NCBI GenBank assembly: GCA_002633005.1
Contig: NMRA01000148.1
Span: forward strand, 682,001-746,000
Length of the DNA stretch: 64,000 bases
Direction of reading: 5' to 3'
Origin: Phoronis australis
Lineage: Eukaryota; Animalia; Phoronida
Part shown: positions 61,631 through 64,000 of the stretch, in pieces
How the letters are laid out: every line of letters begins with the position of its first letter
Numbering within the stretch: position 1 is the first letter of the stretch
The notes under the pieces: generated by a model
Told to the model about the DNA's origin: nothing
Database searches by the model: none
Seen by the model: the letters and a program-made list of their open reading frames with translations, nothing else
Made by a program: the position numbers and the translations under genes

Positions 61631-64000
61631 CATTTGTTGGCTGAAAATGTTTTACAATATAATAAAAAGTCGATCATCAACTCTGATGTTGCCTCTGTCG
61701 CAAGTCCTGCTCTCTCTGACAGCTGTTCCTGAAGGTCATCCAATTTTTATCAGCAGGTTATGTATCTGCCTTTCTGAAGTAACATAGTCTGGGTGCATCT
61801 TTCTGGGCACCTGCTTACTGTCTGCCCTATCTGTTAATGACCTTGCTGTGTTAACCAAACTCTAAAGTGACGTGCATTATGTATATATTTTTCAACTTAT
61901 TAAAGTTGTTCTCGTCTTTGTTGATCTTCCATGTTATGCAGTGACATAATACTCTGGAGAGAGCATGGTCACTTGAACCAAGAAGAAAGAGCTAAGGTTA
62001 GCCAGCCAGGTAGCTGTATGAAGACTAAGGTCAAAATACAGCTAGGTACCACTGTGTGTTTAGCGCAGACAGGCCTCGAAATCACACACAGCCCGGGTAG
62101 TTCTGCTCATCACTTTGCCCTGAAACTTGTATCGGCATGTAGAGCTAAAGACCAGTGGGGGTGCATGCAAAGTCTGGGAGTCCACCGACACTCACCTTGC
62201 CCATTACAGCTGTTTAAAAAAAACAATCAGATAAACATTTTCTTGCGTAATGCTCCGCCTTTTGTAACAATAAAAAGTAGGTCGTCGTCGTTTTGAAAAA
62301 AGTACGTCCGTGTCATGCACACGTGCCATTTCCTAAATGTTTGCGACATCACTTGGGAAATGATTTCGACTTCGCATCACCAAAGTTTGTTCTGAAATTT
62401 GGTTTGCTGGTATTCAAACACTAAAACCTTGTAACGAAATGAAACCAGTTACAGTAATTTGTTTTGATGGGTACGAAACCTCGTGAAAGAACAACAGTTT
62501 TTTGAAGAATCGTCAAAAAAAGAAACTGGCCAATAGTGACGCAATATTTCATGGTGCCGAAAGCCGACTATAACTTAAGCGGTAGGATGACGGTAGAATG
62601 CCAATTTTTTCAACATTGGTAAATAATTTTGTTCACTCAAGAAAGAGTGTAGTTTATAATGAAACTAATTTTGTGTCAGATTTTATTTGGTCATTTTGTA
62701 CCCACATTGGTACAAAGCTGTATGTTTAGTATACAGCTTTGTACCAAAGCTAAGCTAAGGCATGAAGTACTTCAAAATACCTGGAAAATGGCCAGTCTAA
62801 CTCATTCTGGAGTAACCTGGTGTTACCACTTTTTGCATGTTTGGTGTTTTCTGTTCATTCGAGAATGTGTTGAGAATATTCAGCCCTATATCATCTATAA
62901 TCATGATTCAAATACGTAGCCCTGATCAGGCTAACATCTTAAAAATAATCTAGTGACCTCTATAACTCTAGTTCCACTGTGAAATTAATTAACAGGGAAG
63001 ACAAACATTATAAATTTAATCATAACTGTACAGGACCCATTTACTATTTATACGGTTTTCCATAATAATTGAGTACATCCTTTTAATGTGTTTAACTAGT
63101 TACCAATTTCTTGTAAGAAACAAAAAACAATCCTACCAGTCGATCAGCTGTCAAATTAGAACACCCGCAAACACTATATGACGACAACAGTAATTAGATG
63201 TTCTCGACTTACGAGCATTTATTGGTTTATACATACTATGTAGAAAGGGGATGGTCAATCACAGCATAAGTTATCCTCCATTGTGCTTAGTTTGAAAAGT
63301 CAGGTATTGCTGCTCTCTCCCCCCCCCCCCATCGTGGTTTACTGTAGGGTACAATAAAGAATGTCCAGGTCTTGTGTTTCTGGTGGTTTTGATGACTCGA
63401 TATTTGCCCACACTGTGGCTCTTTTCACTTTCCCATGGGACATCGGAGAAACGCGGACACGACACAGATAAGCGTGTTGGTGGACATGACACACTGGCGA
63501 TTGGTGTTCATACATCACTCCAATGTTCGTGGAGCTAAGAAATTTTGTGGTTTTTCTTTTATTTTCTTGTTTTTGGGGGATATTGAATTGAATTTCACTG
63601 TTGTGAGAAGCAGTGGTATGAAGGAAGGTTTAGCTATGCTGACAGTGTAGTCACTTCTCAAAACAAGGGAAATTCTGGTTTTAAACACTTTAACACTTTA
63701 CTTTAATTACAACCTGCAGTTTTCTGATGTCTAAATTGCTTAGCAATTGTCATTCCTTGGCTGGCACTGAGTTAACTGAACACTACAAAGTAGATTATAG
63801 GCTCTTGTATTGCCAAATATAAAAATAGATTTCAAAAGCTTCACTGATAAGGAATAGTGGGCATGTAATTATTTCCACTAAATTAGCTTTGGTTTAGAAC
63901 AACAAAGGATTGTGATAATCAAGTGATGGGATGTCTGGAGGAGCAGGTGAACAATAGGAGAAAAATCTGTGAATGTATGAATGTAGTATTCATGCCATAG

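Overview
Eukaryotic, intron-rich metazoan genomic DNA; a marine invertebrate is likely from gene content and repeat types (inference). There is one assembly gap at 23643-24103. Three spliced housekeeping genes could be rebuilt by hand with canonical GT-AG introns and consistent phases: POP5 (minus, 5 exons, 164 aa), THOC5 (plus, 18 coding exons, 696 aa) and NFATC2IP/NIP45 (minus, 8 exons, about 385 aa). Two large-exon genes sit in the left part. One is a 2.6-kb first exon encoding signal peptide, several CUB domains and a partial C-type lectin domain (minus; the gene continues leftward). The other is a 3.5-kb terminal exon of an unrecognised coiled-coil protein (plus). The remainder is dense in transposon relics: a Helentron/HINE-like tandem array, a Tx1/L1 3' fragment, a decayed IS3EU-like transposase, many MITEs, a Harbinger derivative, a Penelope-like fragment with inverted terminal repeats and a hammerhead-like motif, and a CR1/L2 reverse transcriptase relic. 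No clearly novel multi-gene system can be demonstrated from the sequence alone. The best leads are the CUB/lectin receptor-like gene, the orphan large-exon gene, and a composite repeat element at 28.5-30.8 kb.
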